Shown here: positions 51,501-64,000 of the stretch, in pieces
Layout of the letters: each line of letters opens with the position of its first letter
Position numbering within the stretch: the first letter of the stretch is position 1
Assembly (NCBI GenBank): GCA_029531755.1
Contig: CM055969.1
Location: 23,815,285 to 23,879,284 of the forward strand
Source: Holothuria leucospilota
Lineage: Eukaryota
Reading direction: 5' to 3'
Length of the DNA: 64,000 bases
The notes under the pieces: model-generated
Told to the model about the DNA's origin: nothing
Databases searched by the model: none
The model's input: only the letters and a program-made list of their open reading frames with translations
Position numbers and translations under genes: made by a program

Positions 51501-52566
51501 AAGTAGAATGCAAAATAGTTTGTCATGTCACTCTTTTGCTTACTTGAATTACTGACTTTGTTATTCTTTGCCATTCCTAAAGCCACTGCACCCTTTTCTG
51601 AAATGTGGTCAGTGTCTTTTACAGGGTGACTTGACTATGCATTCCGTCTTCTTGTAGCATGGTGTGCAAGAAAACAGTAACATATCTGAGATCATGGAAA
51701 TTTTTATATTTCAAAAAGGAAACAAAGCAGGTACTGTGAGTTGTATGAAGAGAACATTACATACAAATCGCTGTGCAATTCCCTATTGTAAATGAAGTGG
51801 ATAAAATTCAAGATAAATCAAAAAAACTGAATAAACTATGAAGATGGAAGTTGGATGTGCTAGATTCATTTTCCAACCTTTGAACAAGATATTCTTGTAA
51901 TTTCAGACTTTACTGTAGTTAAACTTAAAATGGATCAGAATTCTGTGGCTATTAATTCTGGTACCAGAGTTACATTTGGGCCATGAGCACATCATTGTTT
52001 TATTACTGTGTGTAGCTCAAAAGAATAAAATCAGAGTACAAGACACTTTTTTCCTCCTTTTTATTCAAGTATTGTATATAAACATTGACAAATACTGCAC
52101 AGTATTTCTAGGAGCACAAAACTTTTTTCGAGAAAAAAGCAAAAAACATAGCAGGTGAAAAAGTGAATGGAATACATAAATTAAGTGAATTCATAAGTTA
52201 CCAATACATATCAATATAATCATAAAAAGCACCACATAATCGTAATAACTGATCTGCTTTTTTGATCTAATTGGTTTTCTTTTCTTTTTGCATTAAACTT
52301 TTCCACATTGATTTCAAACTTTAACTTGTACAGAAATTCTTGAACTGAAAGTTGTACCTCCTTGGATTTACTTTGATAAATATGGTTCTTCATGTGTAAA
52401 ATTAAAAAGTTCAATTGGTGTTTTTTCCCTGATTAAAACCAAAAATACATCTTGTTTGGAAAAGAATTGTTTTTTGGAGAACCGACTCTTCTACATCGAA
52501 AGTAAAGCCTTAACCATAGAGAGTACAAGACACGTAAATTGCATTCTACATTCATTTCTACAATAG

Positions 52567-52859
52567 ACTGAAAGACAGAAAGAAATAGAGAGGAGGAAAG
52601 TTGGACAAGCAGTGCAGAAAGCCCAACAGACAAGAGCTGAGCAGGAAGCTAAACAACTTGCTTACGAAATTAAGAAAGAGAAAATGGAGGATAAAATGGC
52701 AAAACAGAAAATAAGGGAACAGATTGCTAGGGATCGAGCAGAAAAGGATGCTAAATTTGCTGCCGCCAAGGCAGAGAAGGAAAGGATGATGAATGAAAAG
52801 AAGGAAGCTGAATTAGAGACAAAGAGGGCAGAGGAGGAGGCCAAGACAGCAGCAAACAG
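52567..52859 (+). CDS. UBXN4: UBXN4-like exon 6. K/E/R-rich coiled-coil TERQKEIERRKVGQAVQKAQQTRAEQEAKQLAYEIKKEKMEDKMAKQKIREQIARDRAEKDAKFAAAKAEKERMMNEKKEAELETKRAEEEAKTAANR. Ends in phase 2.
   Basis: Acceptor tacaatag|ACT and donor AG|gtgagat. Overlaps track ORF 52612..52863. The motif KIREQIARDRAEKDAKFA resembles the IKQQIALDRAERAARFA region of UBX proteins. Confidence 0.65.
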
Positions 52860-54820
52860 GTGAGATACTGTATTCAATGATAATGGCAGGGATACCATCA
52901 TCGTTGGTTGTATCTAGATGTGTATTGAACGAACATTTTGGGTCAGGGGAAATGACGTAAAAATACTTTAAAGTTCAGAGGGTGTAAGCCTCCTGAAAAA
53001 TATTTTGCACTGATACTGTCTCAAATTTATCCCTGAAAACTTTTATTGGGGTCTCCCCCCCTCCCCCTTCTCCTGCCCACTGGCTGTGCATTGGTCGCAT
53101 CTACAGAATCTCTTGTCACTACTTTTTCAGAGCAACTTTTTCTTTTATAGTTTTGCTGGTTCTGTTACCAGGCTGTATACAGTAAAAAGCTCTGGAATTT
53201 GAATGCGTCATATTTAAGGATTTAAGGCCTCAAATTATTTTCACAAGATTATGATGGAAATATGCTTGAAATTCACCTTTAGATCTTCATCTGGGGAAAA
53301 GAGTTCTTTTCATTATCATCGTCTGCACCTTGTAAAAATTGAAATGTCCAGCAAAAGTTCTGTTGTATTTCTGGTGCTTGGGAAAAGTTTGCCATCATTG
53401 AAAAGGGCTTGAAAGCTATGTGATTTTCTTCTTCAGAAAGTGGACAAATCCAGGGTAAAGTGAATTAGAAATATTTTTCAACAAACAATCAATGTTGATT
53501 ACATTTTGTTCTTTAGAAAGTGGTAACTCTTGTCGTATTTTGGTGTACTTGCAAAGTCAGTAGGCTTTAAGAGCATTTTAGGGATTTTGATCCAAAAATA
53601 ATGTGAAAAAAGTGAAACACTATGGAAAAGCTTGGCATTTATCCCATTAAGGAAATAATTCTCATAAGGCAATGCATAGATGTATGGCAAACATTGGGTT
53701 TCAGGGAAAAAAGGAGTTGGTATGTACAGGAGATGAAGAGTATTGACAAATTTACAGTTTGGCAAGGTGTTGACACCTTGATGGAAGTCATTTATAGATT
53801 TTTTGAAATTAGGTCTTCACATGCAGTCACCACAATCTCTTCTGAAAGTACAGTAGCACATAGAAGTATAAAAGTTGTTCTGCCCTCTTTCTCTGCGTAT
53901 AAGTCTATTGATGCCCTGGTTTACTCAACTTGTATTACATAGAAGCAAGTCATGTACCCCATGCACAACATCACAAGTTCATGTGCATTCTAAATTGTGG
54001 GGGGAGGGGGTAGTAAGGGGATGAGGGATAACAAAATCCCATTTATTGAGAATGACCCAGTTGACTCAGATTGTTGACTGCATTTGCTCTTTAACATTCC
54101 AATCATTTTCTTCAATATTTTGTGAAAAAGAAGAAAAACTCATTTGTTGCACATAATTAGTAATTTGAATTTTTTATTGCTTAAACCAGGTGCATGTGTT
54201 CTTACTGTAGTTCCATGGTTTATGGAGTTTGTGTTCTTTATCCTCAGGAAAATGATTATTTGTTGTTCTATTTATTGAACGATTTATACTACTCTGACCA
54301 CCAAAACTTTGAGGGAACAGTTTAAGCTGCATAAAATGTCAGCATAGCTAATGAGTGTTGTAGGGTTACACTAGGAATGAATAGTTTAGATAATGAGGTA
54401 GTAAACTAATGAAAGCAATTTTAGGTGTGTAAATTAGTAAGTTTGAAACTTTGTGCAAGCTGTACAAATTTGCACTATCCATTAATCCTGCAGCATGCCT
54501 AAATTGTTTAACATTTCAGACGTAGTTTTGACTTGAAAGGTTTAAGTGTCTTCATCGTACATACAGATAGAAGAGACCAAAAGCCTTTTTCCTTGTGGAA
54601 TGCCTAGGAATAGTATCCATTTGGTTGGTTTCAGTAATATTGTCGAATGCACAAATGAGGCAGTCTCCTAGGTGTTTATCCACAGTGTGCTAAAAGTGTG
54701 TTTGATAAGCCTGAGATAGATTTACTAACCTACACTGAAACAATCATTGAAAAACAAATATGAGCTATTTGCAACGGACTGGTTCTTATTTTTCATGATT
54801 TCATATCCTTATAATTTTAG

Positions 54821-54923
54821 GGAGATTGCAAGAATTCAGTTCCGGATGCCAGATGGAACCAAAATTTTACATCAGTTTCCATCATCAGCGACTTTGAGGG
54901 AGGCCCATCAATTTATGGCTGAG
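54821..54923 (+). CDS. UBXN4: UBXN4-like exon 7, first half of the UBX domain: (R)EIARIQFRMPDGTKILHQFPSSATLREAHQFMAE.
   Basis: Near-identical to human UBXN4 ARIQFRLPDGSSFTNQFPSDAPLEEARQFAAQ. Acceptor ttttag|G completes AGG from exon 6. Donor GAG|gtaaag. Confidence 0.75.
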
Positions 54924-55481
54924 GTAAAGTTCTTCCCAAAATATGAAACTGAAATTTGTATAACGAGTTTACTGCTTTTAATTAGAAGATTTCATGAAAT
55001 TCTAAAACATTCACTTGTCAAACTTTTGAAGGCAAGTTTTAAATTCACATAATTTTTTAAACTCTTGAATCAGTATGGCTGTGAGAGGACATCATGAACC
55101 TCCTTTAAAAAAGCTTTTCTGTTAATATTTTTTCTTTGAGTTTGAAAACTTGTGTCAATTAATATCATTACCCAGAATTCACAATTTAATATGGGACAAT
55201 GTGCCAAATGATTAGGTTAAAATAGGTAGTTGGCAAAGTATTACATCACTGAATGTCTATTGCTGTACACCCTTTTTACAGTGTTTTCCTAAACTGATAC
55301 ATTCTTTTAAGTCTCTTCTTGAACCCTTTGTGAATTTTACGTAAGTACTGCATTGGCTATGAAATTATATTAACAAGCAATGTTGGGGAGAAATCCTGCT
55401 TGATTGAAACAAAGGACATTCTCAAATGCAACTTCTGTAAATCTTTAATAAGCATGTGCTTTTCTGTCACTTTTTTCACAG

Positions 55482-55613
55482 CAAATAGGAGACACGCTAA
55501 AAGAATTCAACATGGCTACAGCATTTCCAAGGAAACAGTTTGGGGCTAGTGATATGGATTCCACCCTCTTGAGCCTACAACTTGCACCCTCTGCAGCTAT
55601 TGTCATTTTGCCG
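55482..55613 (+). CDS. UBXN4: UBXN4-like exon 8, second half of the UBX domain: QIGDTLKEFNMATAFPRKQFGASDMDSTLLSLQLAPSAAIVILP.
   Basis: Matches human TVGNTYGNFSLATMFPRREFTKEDYKKKLLDLELAPSASVVLLP. Acceptor ttttcacag|C and donor CCG|gtaaag, phase 0 to phase 0. Confidence 0.75.
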
Positions 55614-56094
55614 GTAAAGATACTTTACTGAAACAAAAGATATTTTTGATATCTGCATTGCTCATATTACTTTTAACATCAGTGGTTCTCAAATGATTGA
55701 AAATTTAATGATGACTTATTACAATTTTGGTCCAGTTGCAGGTTGTTTTTAAGATATCTATGTTTTAAATGGTCTAATGCCTGACCTGAAGAAGTTTAAA
55801 AAACTGGAACAGTCTAAGGTTGGTATAACTGCTCTTTAACAAAATGAGCACCTTGGCTGTCACAAAATTTAATAATAAAAAGAATTGAGAACTTCTGCTC
55901 TTCGTCATGTCTGAAAAATACCAGCTTGAAGTTACTTTGATTACTATTCCTCTTGTGAAAGTAAAAAATATGGATTATCGTAAATCAAAATTTTGATAAA
56001 CTCTGATTGATTTGTAGGATTGTGCTTTACCTGAGAATTACCTATGAACACAAGCCTAGTCTGAAAATCAAACCAAAAGTGACAGTGCTATGAC

Positions 56095-56290
56095 TTAATG
56101 GATGAAGGGAGTGACAATTGATGCTACAAGGCATAGCAATCAAGAGGTTTGGGTTCAGTCCTGGGGAGGGTCATGGTAAGGTTTGTTTTTCATCCAAGGG
56201 CAATCTAGTTTTCCCTTCTGTAATGACCTTTTAAATTGAAAAATTTCAGATTTGAGTTAAAACCTTGAATAATAGCATAGGAGTACCAAT
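56095..56290 (+). mobile_element. tRNA-derived SINE copy with a B-box-like ggttcagtcc, a body tttcatccaagggcaatctagttttcc, and tail motifs ...gaaa.ttgaaatttgagttaaaa..ttga..
   Basis: Three collinear copies at 56095-56290, 56445-56700 and 62340-62625, all in UBXN4 introns. Confidence 0.55.
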
Positions 56291-56444
56291 CTAAAAAGGG
56301 AAGATTGCATTTACTCTATAGAATGGTGCCGTGCTATGACAATTTGTTTGTCAGAATTATGCCATTAGGCAAAGGATTCATTACATACATGTATCTACTC
56401 CTAAAGTTGAAAAATTATACTGCAAAGACAGGCATGCTGTGGCT

Positions 56445-56700
56445 GAGTGGATGAAGGCAGTGGCATTTTAAGACTGTAAAGTATGTAGCTTAGCAGTTGA
56501 TATTTTAAGGTCGAACCACTTTCCCAATCATAGTAAGGTGGGATTTCATGTCTGAAATGACCTTCTAAACTAAGAAGATTGAAATTTGAGTTAAAATGTT
56601 GAGTTAGAAGCCACTGGATGTGAAGTTGTAATCCAAACTCGTACAGAATTCTGCCTCATTTGTGACTTGTGGACACTTAACATCATTAAATCATGCAGGA
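56445..56700 (+). mobile_element. tRNA-derived SINE copy 2. Head ggctgagtggatgaaggcagtggc resembles an A-box.
   Basis: See 56095-56290. Confidence 0.55.
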
Positions 56701-58657
56701 ATGTAAGACTTCCGGCAATTGCCGGATTTCCGGCATTTTTGTTTTTCCTAAAAAAACCTCCGGCCACGGCTCGTAACTCGGCGGCCGGAAAAAAAATGTT
56801 GGCGTAGTCCTAAAAAATCTCCGACAAAGGAATTTTAGCCTGCCACGAGAAAAAGAAAGAACTGTTTGTACTGATTACTTCTGACTACGTCTGGAAATTC
56901 TAGTTCCAGAAGGCCTCTTCATTAACGCGATCATATTCAGAGCTGATTATACAGTATATGACCGCCCTGTTGACATGGCTCCTCGCTAAACCGAAAGCGA
57001 GTTCTCCGCTGCATGCAACTTGAGCCAAATGCATTGTCGCGGACAAATTCAGCAACCATAGAGGAGGAAATAATGTGTAAACGTAGCCGCTATGCACGTG
57101 GGCAGCGCCGTTGGACTATGCCCTGAACGGAGATCGATCATGCTCAGTAGCGTTGTTGTATATTCTTTGGATAGGGGGTACTGTAATTGCTCATATTTTG
57201 TTGAGAGGGTGTACTACCAAAACATCGCGCGTTTCGGATCTTTTCCCATGCGATGTGTACACGAAAAAGCCTAGCGTTATACAACCACATGCAAACTGTA
57301 TGATCATACTGTGGCATTCATGCGTCACTACGGAAGCTTTCGCGTTTGTGTGAAGATTGTGTCCGCAATCTGTACGTACTGCATGCACAGCTAGTTCGTG
57401 GTTTTTCTACGTACGCAGATTCTAAACAGACGGTGCACGTAAGCAGTTGCACGTAACAGCCTTGTGATATAGTAAAAGAGCGTAGCCTAACGTTGGCTAG
57501 GTACGTACATATTCAGAGGTCATTAGCCTATATTAATATGGTATGCACACATTGCAAATTAACTGTATGTAATGTAACGCAATATATTCGTGGATGCTCG
57601 TTAGGATTTAGTGTTCGCGGAAACGGAAGACTTTGACTGTTTATAAAGAAAAGGTGGAAGTTCAAAGAAATGTGGATTTGAAAGACGTTAATGGGATGAA
57701 GAATAAATTCAAGTGGCAGTGGTTGGGAGTAAAGGACGGTGAGGGATATTTTCTGTCAGCTACATAGTAGCACATACAAACGTAGCACTAGCAGGACAAG
57801 CTAACTTTGATGTAAGGTTAGGCTATCATTTGCAAGTTCCAACAAGCTTATCACTTAGTTCACGGTTACGTTAGTAGTGGAGCATGTGTATCAAGAGAGT
57901 ACATCTGAGAGTGAGACACGTGAGTGTTGCAAAATTAGAAAATGTGAAGCAATCAAATGCTTCATTTTTGACTCCATGAAATGATGCTATCTTCTCACCT
58001 GGTAGCCTATAGCCTAGGCCAAATGCAGAAAATGGTGTAACACTAAACACAGTGTCAGTATCCTAGGGTGTTTACCAATTCCATGGTTAACAACACTGCT
58101 CTGGACGTTGTGCATGTGGCTTGTTCAAGGCAGCTTTATCGTGCAGTACAGGCACTCTGAACATAATAGTCGTATGATACAGGAAAGTCTTCTGAGACCC
58201 CATCTACAGATGTATGATAAGCTGCAAACCCGTGAGCTGCACCCCGGCCGTGACACGTATGATTTTCCTGCAAAATCACCTTGGGCCACTTACATCCCTG
58301 ATCATGACCGGATACACCCCCCCAAACAGTTCTCACCTCGCAATTTGCCTTGGACACGTTCAACCCTAGTATAAAATTCCTATCTAAACAATTCCTGTCC
58401 ATGGCAATAACCTGTCAGACAATGTCACCCACCAGAAAATTTGGAATCGTCCTGGCTGGAAATAATACAGGTTGCACATGGTCCAGGTGAAAATTGTCCA
58501 GCCAGGGGAAACCACTCAGTGTTTATTGTCGGGAGGGGGTTGTCCTGTGTCTGGGGGTTGTCCTGGGTCCATGTAAAACAACTTTCTGAAGGGTTGAATT
58601 AAAGAAATATGTATCATACCTGATTTTTTCACACAAACTTTTGTTTGTTTCGTGAAG

Positions 58658-58881
58658 GGCTCTGGAGGAGGGAGATCTAGTTCCTCAACAGCAGTGTCAA
58701 GTGGGGATAGTTTCATTTCAATGCTCCTGGCTCCTCTTGTCTTTCTTTGGAATCTATTCTACACTTTCCTCTTTGGTACAAGAGTAGAAGACCCACCTCC
58801 AAGGGAAGCCACATCATCAAGTTCTGTAGGGGAATCATCACAAGCTCATGCCTACCAAAGTATGGGAGCCAGACCCAAAAG
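58658..58881 (+). CDS. UBXN4: UBXN4-like exon 9. Ser-rich segment plus the hydrophobic intramembrane hairpin FISMLLAPLVFLWNLFYTFLFG, then a S/P-rich tail. Ends in phase 2.
   Basis: Overlaps track ORF 58652..58885. The hydrophobic LLAPxxxxWNxFxxFLF motif corresponds to the erasin ER-membrane insertion segment. Acceptor cgtgaag|G and donor AG|gtaaaag. Confidence 0.6.
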
Positions 58882-60335
58882 GTAAAAGTATTCATGACAG
58901 GATTTCTTGATAGTGGAATTCATGTGGTGCTGACTAAATGGATATGTGTGGCCAATTGGATAGACTGGGAGATAGGTTTACCCAGGGGTGAAGAGAGCCT
59001 GGGGATGCAGGAGAACCTGCAATTATTCGTAGACCCTGTTGGTTTAGAAGAGTAACTTTGATGGGTCTTACATCTAGTGTTGAAAGTGAGGACCATGCAG
59101 ATTTTAAGGAGGTCAGTGTTCATTTGTGGTCCAAAATCCAAACTGTGAAAACCTTGTAAGCATGATGAGTAGACAAAAGTGAATCTGATGGGTGTCTTAT
59201 ATAGGATGTGTATGTCCCTTTTAAATGCAAGGATGTGTTGGTTTTGTTGGAGGTTGGGATTCATCTGAGGTCAAAGTGTGAAAGTTGGCTATTAACGTGA
59301 TACCTAATAAGGGACAGAATGGAGTGGTCTAAGACTTGGCATGGAGGGGCTTATGGGGAATGAATATGAAATAAAGCTTTCAGGATACTTCATGTATAGA
59401 AGAATGAAAATTGTCATGTTCAGTGCAATAGGATGTTAGCTTCTGAGGGTGCATGAAAAGATTCACAAAAAGATTAAATCTTTGGATTTAACTGAGTGGG
59501 TGGTTCACTAGTGCTATAAGGTTGAATGGATAAATTTTGTGACATTTGAAAGAAGGAAGTTTAGCTACATAGATTATTGGGTTCTGATCCCTGATCAATT
59601 CATCATGGTATGTCAGGTGGGTCCCCTGACAGTTCCCTCCTAGAGAATTCACACCCTGGGCAGTTTCCCCTGGACAAGTCCCACCCATAACAGTTTAAAC
59701 CCCTCAGTCTACTTCCCCATTGTCCTGGATGGAAACTATCTGGGGGAAAATAGTCCAAGTGGGAATAGTCTGTGGGTGAATTGCGGTGGGAGTTGTCATC
59801 AGTTGTCTGGGTGGGAATTGGGGGGAGGGGGAGGACTTATGGTCACATGGTCAGTGCTTGTTCACAACATATGTTCAGTGCTTTTTCCAGAAGTAATCTT
59901 CTGTCTTGCTATCTGAAGGTACCACCCAAGTAATAGAAAAATTTAAATTTCTACTTAATTGTTGAAGTGATTATCCAACCAATTTAAAGATGTAATTTAA
60001 AAGCTGCAGGCTTCCTCCACACTTGTGGTTGTTAATCATGGTAAGATAAATGCCTTCAAGCTGAGAAGTATAGTACTTTACAACAGGAGGTACCATAGCT
60101 GTGTACAACACAATTGAACTTGATTTGTTTGTGTCTGTAGCAGTGACAGTTTTCACCAGTGTAGTGGCAGTGGCATGTGAGGCAGTGGTGTGTGCAGGAT
60201 TTCGAAGGTGGGGGGCACAACCTGTGATTCCCCCGACTGACATGGAGGGGTGTGACAAGTGCACCGAAGGTGCACCACGAGCGCGAAGCGCGAGTTTGCA
60301 GGCGTGGGGTCCAGGGGCCCGCGCAAGGGCCCCTG

Positions 60336-60381
<46 letters not shown>

Positions 60382-60894
60382 CCCCAGAAGCTCCTGCAAC
60401 ATAAAGTAATAAGACCGCCCTAAATTGGTTCTAGAGGCCTTATTGATCAGGTTTCGTTTGTTTCAGATTTTGTAAAATTCGGTGTCAGTGACGGAGAGTT
60501 CAGGTTATCCTCTATGCGTTGAAAGCTGCAGTGTGCTGCAGTATGTGTCACATAGATTGACAGGACTGCGTTAAAGATCACGAGGCCAGTCAAGGACTGC
60601 TTGAGATGATCGCAAAAGTTAACAGCACTGTTTCATCCTTAAACCTATATAGTTTACCATTACAGATAGTTAAAGTGACTAGCGTGAAGGGCGAAGGGCG
60701 AAGGGCGAAGGGAACTTAATGATAGTAGGCCTACCTGCACCATATGAGACAGATATTGATATTGATAGCATCCTGTCTGATTATTCACTGGAGGACAATT
60801 GGAAGAGCTCTATCCTTTGGTAAACGACCAAAAAATGAAAAAAAAAAAATTCTCTTCTAATATCATTCTGTGGGCTACTTCTAAGTTTTGAGTG

Positions 60895-61190
60895 CCAGGG
60901 ATGGCGCCAGGATTTGCCCGACAGGTGGCCAAACGGGCGGAGGCAGCGACCTGAAGCCCCGACAGCCCCGATGCCGTCAAGGGGATGGTGAGGAGGGACC
61001 TGAAGAAAAAAATCTGTGTACCAAACCATGCCATTGCGGGACATATATTTCATAAAATGGGTGTATATACTAGAGGAACGTAGTTTCGGGGCTGATTTAA
61101 TGTTTTCCCCAGAATCTAAAGTGTTAAATTCCAAAACGAGCGAAAATTTTTTGGGTTATCCTTCACTAAAAAGAATCGGTATAATTATTA
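60895..61190 (+). repeat. SINE-like interspersed repeat, family 2. Head ggcgccaggatttgcccgac.gg...cagc.ac...aagccccgacaaagg.gac. and tail gaaaattttttgg.
   Basis: Related copies at 9470-9660, 21350-21560, 61545-61790 and 62150-62235 (reverse). Confidence 0.45.
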
Positions 61191-62339
61191 AAAGCTAATA
61201 AAGGTCAATTGTCCGGGCAGTTGGTTCCTTTCGGGCATAACTTACATTGTACTTCTCTCCCGCTCTTGTCACTATAGCCGTTGCGCACAACAGGCCCAAG
61301 AGAACATTGACTGAATAACGTGAAATGAGGTGAAATTCCCAACTTTTACATAAATTCATGAATTCTACTTCTTCAGTTACTTGAAAAGGTGGAAATGGTT
61401 TGTATTTTATTTAGCTAGGCTATAAGTAACAGAACTGTGGAAGAGTGGGCAAAGCGTACCGGAAATCTTGGGTTTCATTGTAGAAATGACCCTTTGAAAG
61501 AAGCCAAAATAAGTAAGTAGATCATGGGGTGCGACAGCATTTTCAGAGGGCTGGGCCATGCCAGCCACCCCAAGGTTCGACAGCCCCTCTGTCGAAGAGG
61601 TGGTGACAAGGGGATATGACTTATTATCCCATGCCATTTCAGGGCATATTTTACATGATATCTCTTAATACTTCATGAGCCGATTTGCCCACTTTATATA
61701 GTGTTCTTTCGAATCTGAAACTTGAATTTGCAAAGCGCGCGAAAATTTTTGGTGGGCTTACACAAAAAAAGATATGTGATCAAGAACATAAAGAAAACAA
61801 AAAAGAAAAACTGTAAGGGTTCTAGACCATATCGGGGATAACATACATATTATCGAAACACTTGGACTACCCTGTAAAACAGCCAAAATTTGGTCTGTGA
61901 GTCGCTCACAAACTGACCGTACCGCATGACACACATTAGAGAACAGTAACTAGGCTTAGCGACATGGGATGAAAATTTCGACCTCCACCTGAACAGTGTT
62001 CTCTGCCTACATGTTTCGTGGTAAGGTCTGCAGGACATGTGCCTTCTAGCAATGTGGAATGGAACTGCTGAAGATCATGGAGTAACTATACGGCGCACGT
62101 AGCGCGCCGAAAAATTTTGGTTCTTATTAGAGAAATTGTCCTCCCTCAGGCGCCGTCGGGGACTGCCTGCATACTCTATCGTATCGATTAAGACTCCCCG
62201 ATGGGGCTCCCCGCCCCCACCTGGCGCCATCCCTGCTGAGTGCTCAGTGTCTCTTCGATCTTTTTCTCTTCCCCTAACCCTTAAATCCCCCGACTAAGAG
62301 ATTTTCCCCCGACTGGCTTCAGAGGTGGGGGGGCCAGTG

Positions 62340-62625
62340 CCCCCCTGGCCCCCCTTTGAACACGCTACTGATGTGAGGCAATGGGGGCAATGGCGCCATG
62401 GTTTTGTGGTTCAGTCCCTGATTGCTGTGACAAGGGTGGTTTTTCATCCAAGAGTAATCTACAGTTTTTCCTTTCAAAATGACTGTTAAAAGAGACCAAA
62501 TTCGAGTTAAAATGTTGAATTGCAAGTCACTTGACAGGAAGTTGTAATCCATATGCCCTTGCAGGCTTCTGCCCATGTGGTTGCTAACTGTCTTTAAGTA
62601 TACTGCCATGTAAGTCACACCTTTC
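62340..62625 (+). mobile_element. tRNA-derived SINE copy 3, immediately upstream of the UBXN4 terminal exon acceptor.
   Basis: ggttcagtccctgattgctgtgacaagggtggtttttcatccaagagtaatctacagtttttcc...ttcgagttaaaatgttgaattgcaagtcac...gttgtaatcca. Confidence 0.5.
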
Positions 62626-62687
62626 CTTGTTACTTTCCTGTCCTTGTTAGTTTCAATTCTTTCTTTTCCTTTCACCTTTCAATCAAG

Positions 62688-62832
62688 TTCATACGCTCGG
62701 AGAAGAACACCTGCATCTTCTGATTCAGGATCAATATCGCGGCAAGAAGGAAACATTCATAGATTAAACAGAGACGACGACAACGACGATGAAAATAATA
62801 CTTGGAATGGAAACTCAACCCAGCAGATGTGA
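62688..62832 (+). CDS. UBXN4: UBXN4-like terminal exon: (S)SYARRRTPASSDSGSISRQEGNIHRLNRDDDNDDENNTWNGNSTQQM followed by the stop codon.
   Basis: Acceptor caatcaag|T completes AGT from exon 9. The C-terminal DDxDDENNTWNGNSTQQM matches the conserved UBXN4 C-terminus, recalled from memory. TGA stop at 62830-62832. Confidence 0.6.
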
Positions 62833-64000
62833 AAGAAATATTATTAGAAGGCTTAATTTTGTCATTAAACATAAATGTTTTCTGTTCACTGGGTAAAAAA
62901 GACTTTTCATGTCAAATTCAGAACCATTTTTCTTTGTTCATAAAACTAAACAGTAGGAGAAAAGAAAACTGTAGCCTCAACCCCTTTAATATTAATTTAG
63001 AGATGGCAGTATCCTACAGGTGTTGGCAAGCTACTATTAAAAACTCAATGGTCAGCCCATGGCTGCCTGTTAACCTGTCAAAGCTAAGCAGGTTTCCCAT
63101 ATGCATAGAATCCCAGTGAAAATTTCAAGCAAGAAAATAAAAGAATTACAAGTTCTGCTTTCAGAGTTGCATAAAGTTTGTAATTTTAGAAAGTCAAATT
63201 TGTAACTGTTGAAGATCCACATATTATCAACTATAATGTAATACTGATTAAATCTGACAAGTTTTTTATCATAATGAAATACAAATTTTAAAGGGGGGGG
63301 GTGATATTCAGCAGGTGTTGAAAGTGATGCATACAAAAACTTGTTTAGTATTTTTAAAGTGTACATGATCTTGACATTTCATCATGCTGTTGTATGGTTC
63401 ATGGATTGTAGATCGATTTTCATGGGTTTGATGGCCTTTATGAAGATATTTTTTCATTGGTCTGAGTCCTTTGGTCATTGGTCATATTTCAAGGCATGTT
63501 CTCTGTTACACTTTTTTCAACTCAGAAGACAAAAGGAGAGACAGTAAACTTCGTTTTGATGCTATTTGGGGAAGCAAATTAAAGTTTAGGTGTAAAGATA
63601 TTGGGCAGTAGTGTTACAACTTCAAGGCTAGAGAGCCTAGCTTTATAGATTTATAAGATGGCAAAGCATTAAGCATTGTTGGGAGACACCTAGTGTTAGA
63701 TGTTGTATGTATCTGCTTGCCTTAACTCAGTATGGGATCATTCAACAAATCACTTTAAAACATATTTTTTAACAAATATTACGCTTTTTGATAAAATATA
63801 TGTACTGAAGAACCTCATCTTGCTTATGATATCATGAACATACCATTAATGAAGGGTTTTTGATTAAATTCAAAATCATATTTTCCCATCATTCTGTTCA
63901 GATCTTACATGGACTTTAAGACAGACAGGTGGGAGATTGGGTCTTACAGGGAAGGCCCTTTTACACCGGTGAGAGATGCAGGTAAGGGCAGGAGGAGGAA

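Noticed and set aside
52433-52901. Minus-strand ORFs 52433..52633 and 52662..52901 overlapping UBXN4 exon 6
   Set aside because: They are antisense to a well-supported coding exon. The low-complexity A/S/L-rich peptide is the mirror translation of the K/E-rich coiled-coil.

Overview
This window is eukaryotic (metazoan, probably a marine invertebrate deuterostome-like genome). It is AT-rich, has GT-AG introns, many poly-G/C tracts and is dense in microsatellites and transposons. There are no prokaryotic operons or CRISPR arrays. The one protein-coding gene I can reconstruct with confidence is a 10-exon, phase-consistent ortholog of UBXN4 (erasin) on the + strand at 41,097–62,832. It has the thioredoxin-like N-terminus, a UBX domain and a C-terminal membrane-hairpin exon. 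Its introns carry SINEs, MITEs and a 650-bp palindrome. Everything else is accessory DNA. The most striking structure is a near-perfect ~2.1-kb palindrome (16,545–18,660). It is made of two head-to-head, 5'-truncated copies of a Penelope-like retroelement 3' end. Each arm carries an intact 230-aa ORF ending in a Zn-finger plus GIY-YIG endonuclease domain, and the whole sits in an (AT)n microsatellite field. The window also holds two copies of a TTAA-flanked (piggyBac-like) TIR element with 21-bp perfect TIRs. The long copy (3,923–5,718) carries an internal foldback element built from inverted blocks of a 21-bp tandem repeat. The short copy (13,320–13,743) is the clean MITE form. Other content includes a nested two-family MITE cluster (Y/X) in two loci, with one locus giving an empty-site comparison. 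There is a G-run MITE family with four copies and a 28-bp-TIR MITE with two copies. A ~178-bp satellite occurs at two loci, one bracketed by inverted repeats. A tRNA-derived SINE family and a second SINE-like family are also present. All ORF-track ORFs outside UBXN4 and the PLE arms look like translations of repeats or noise.
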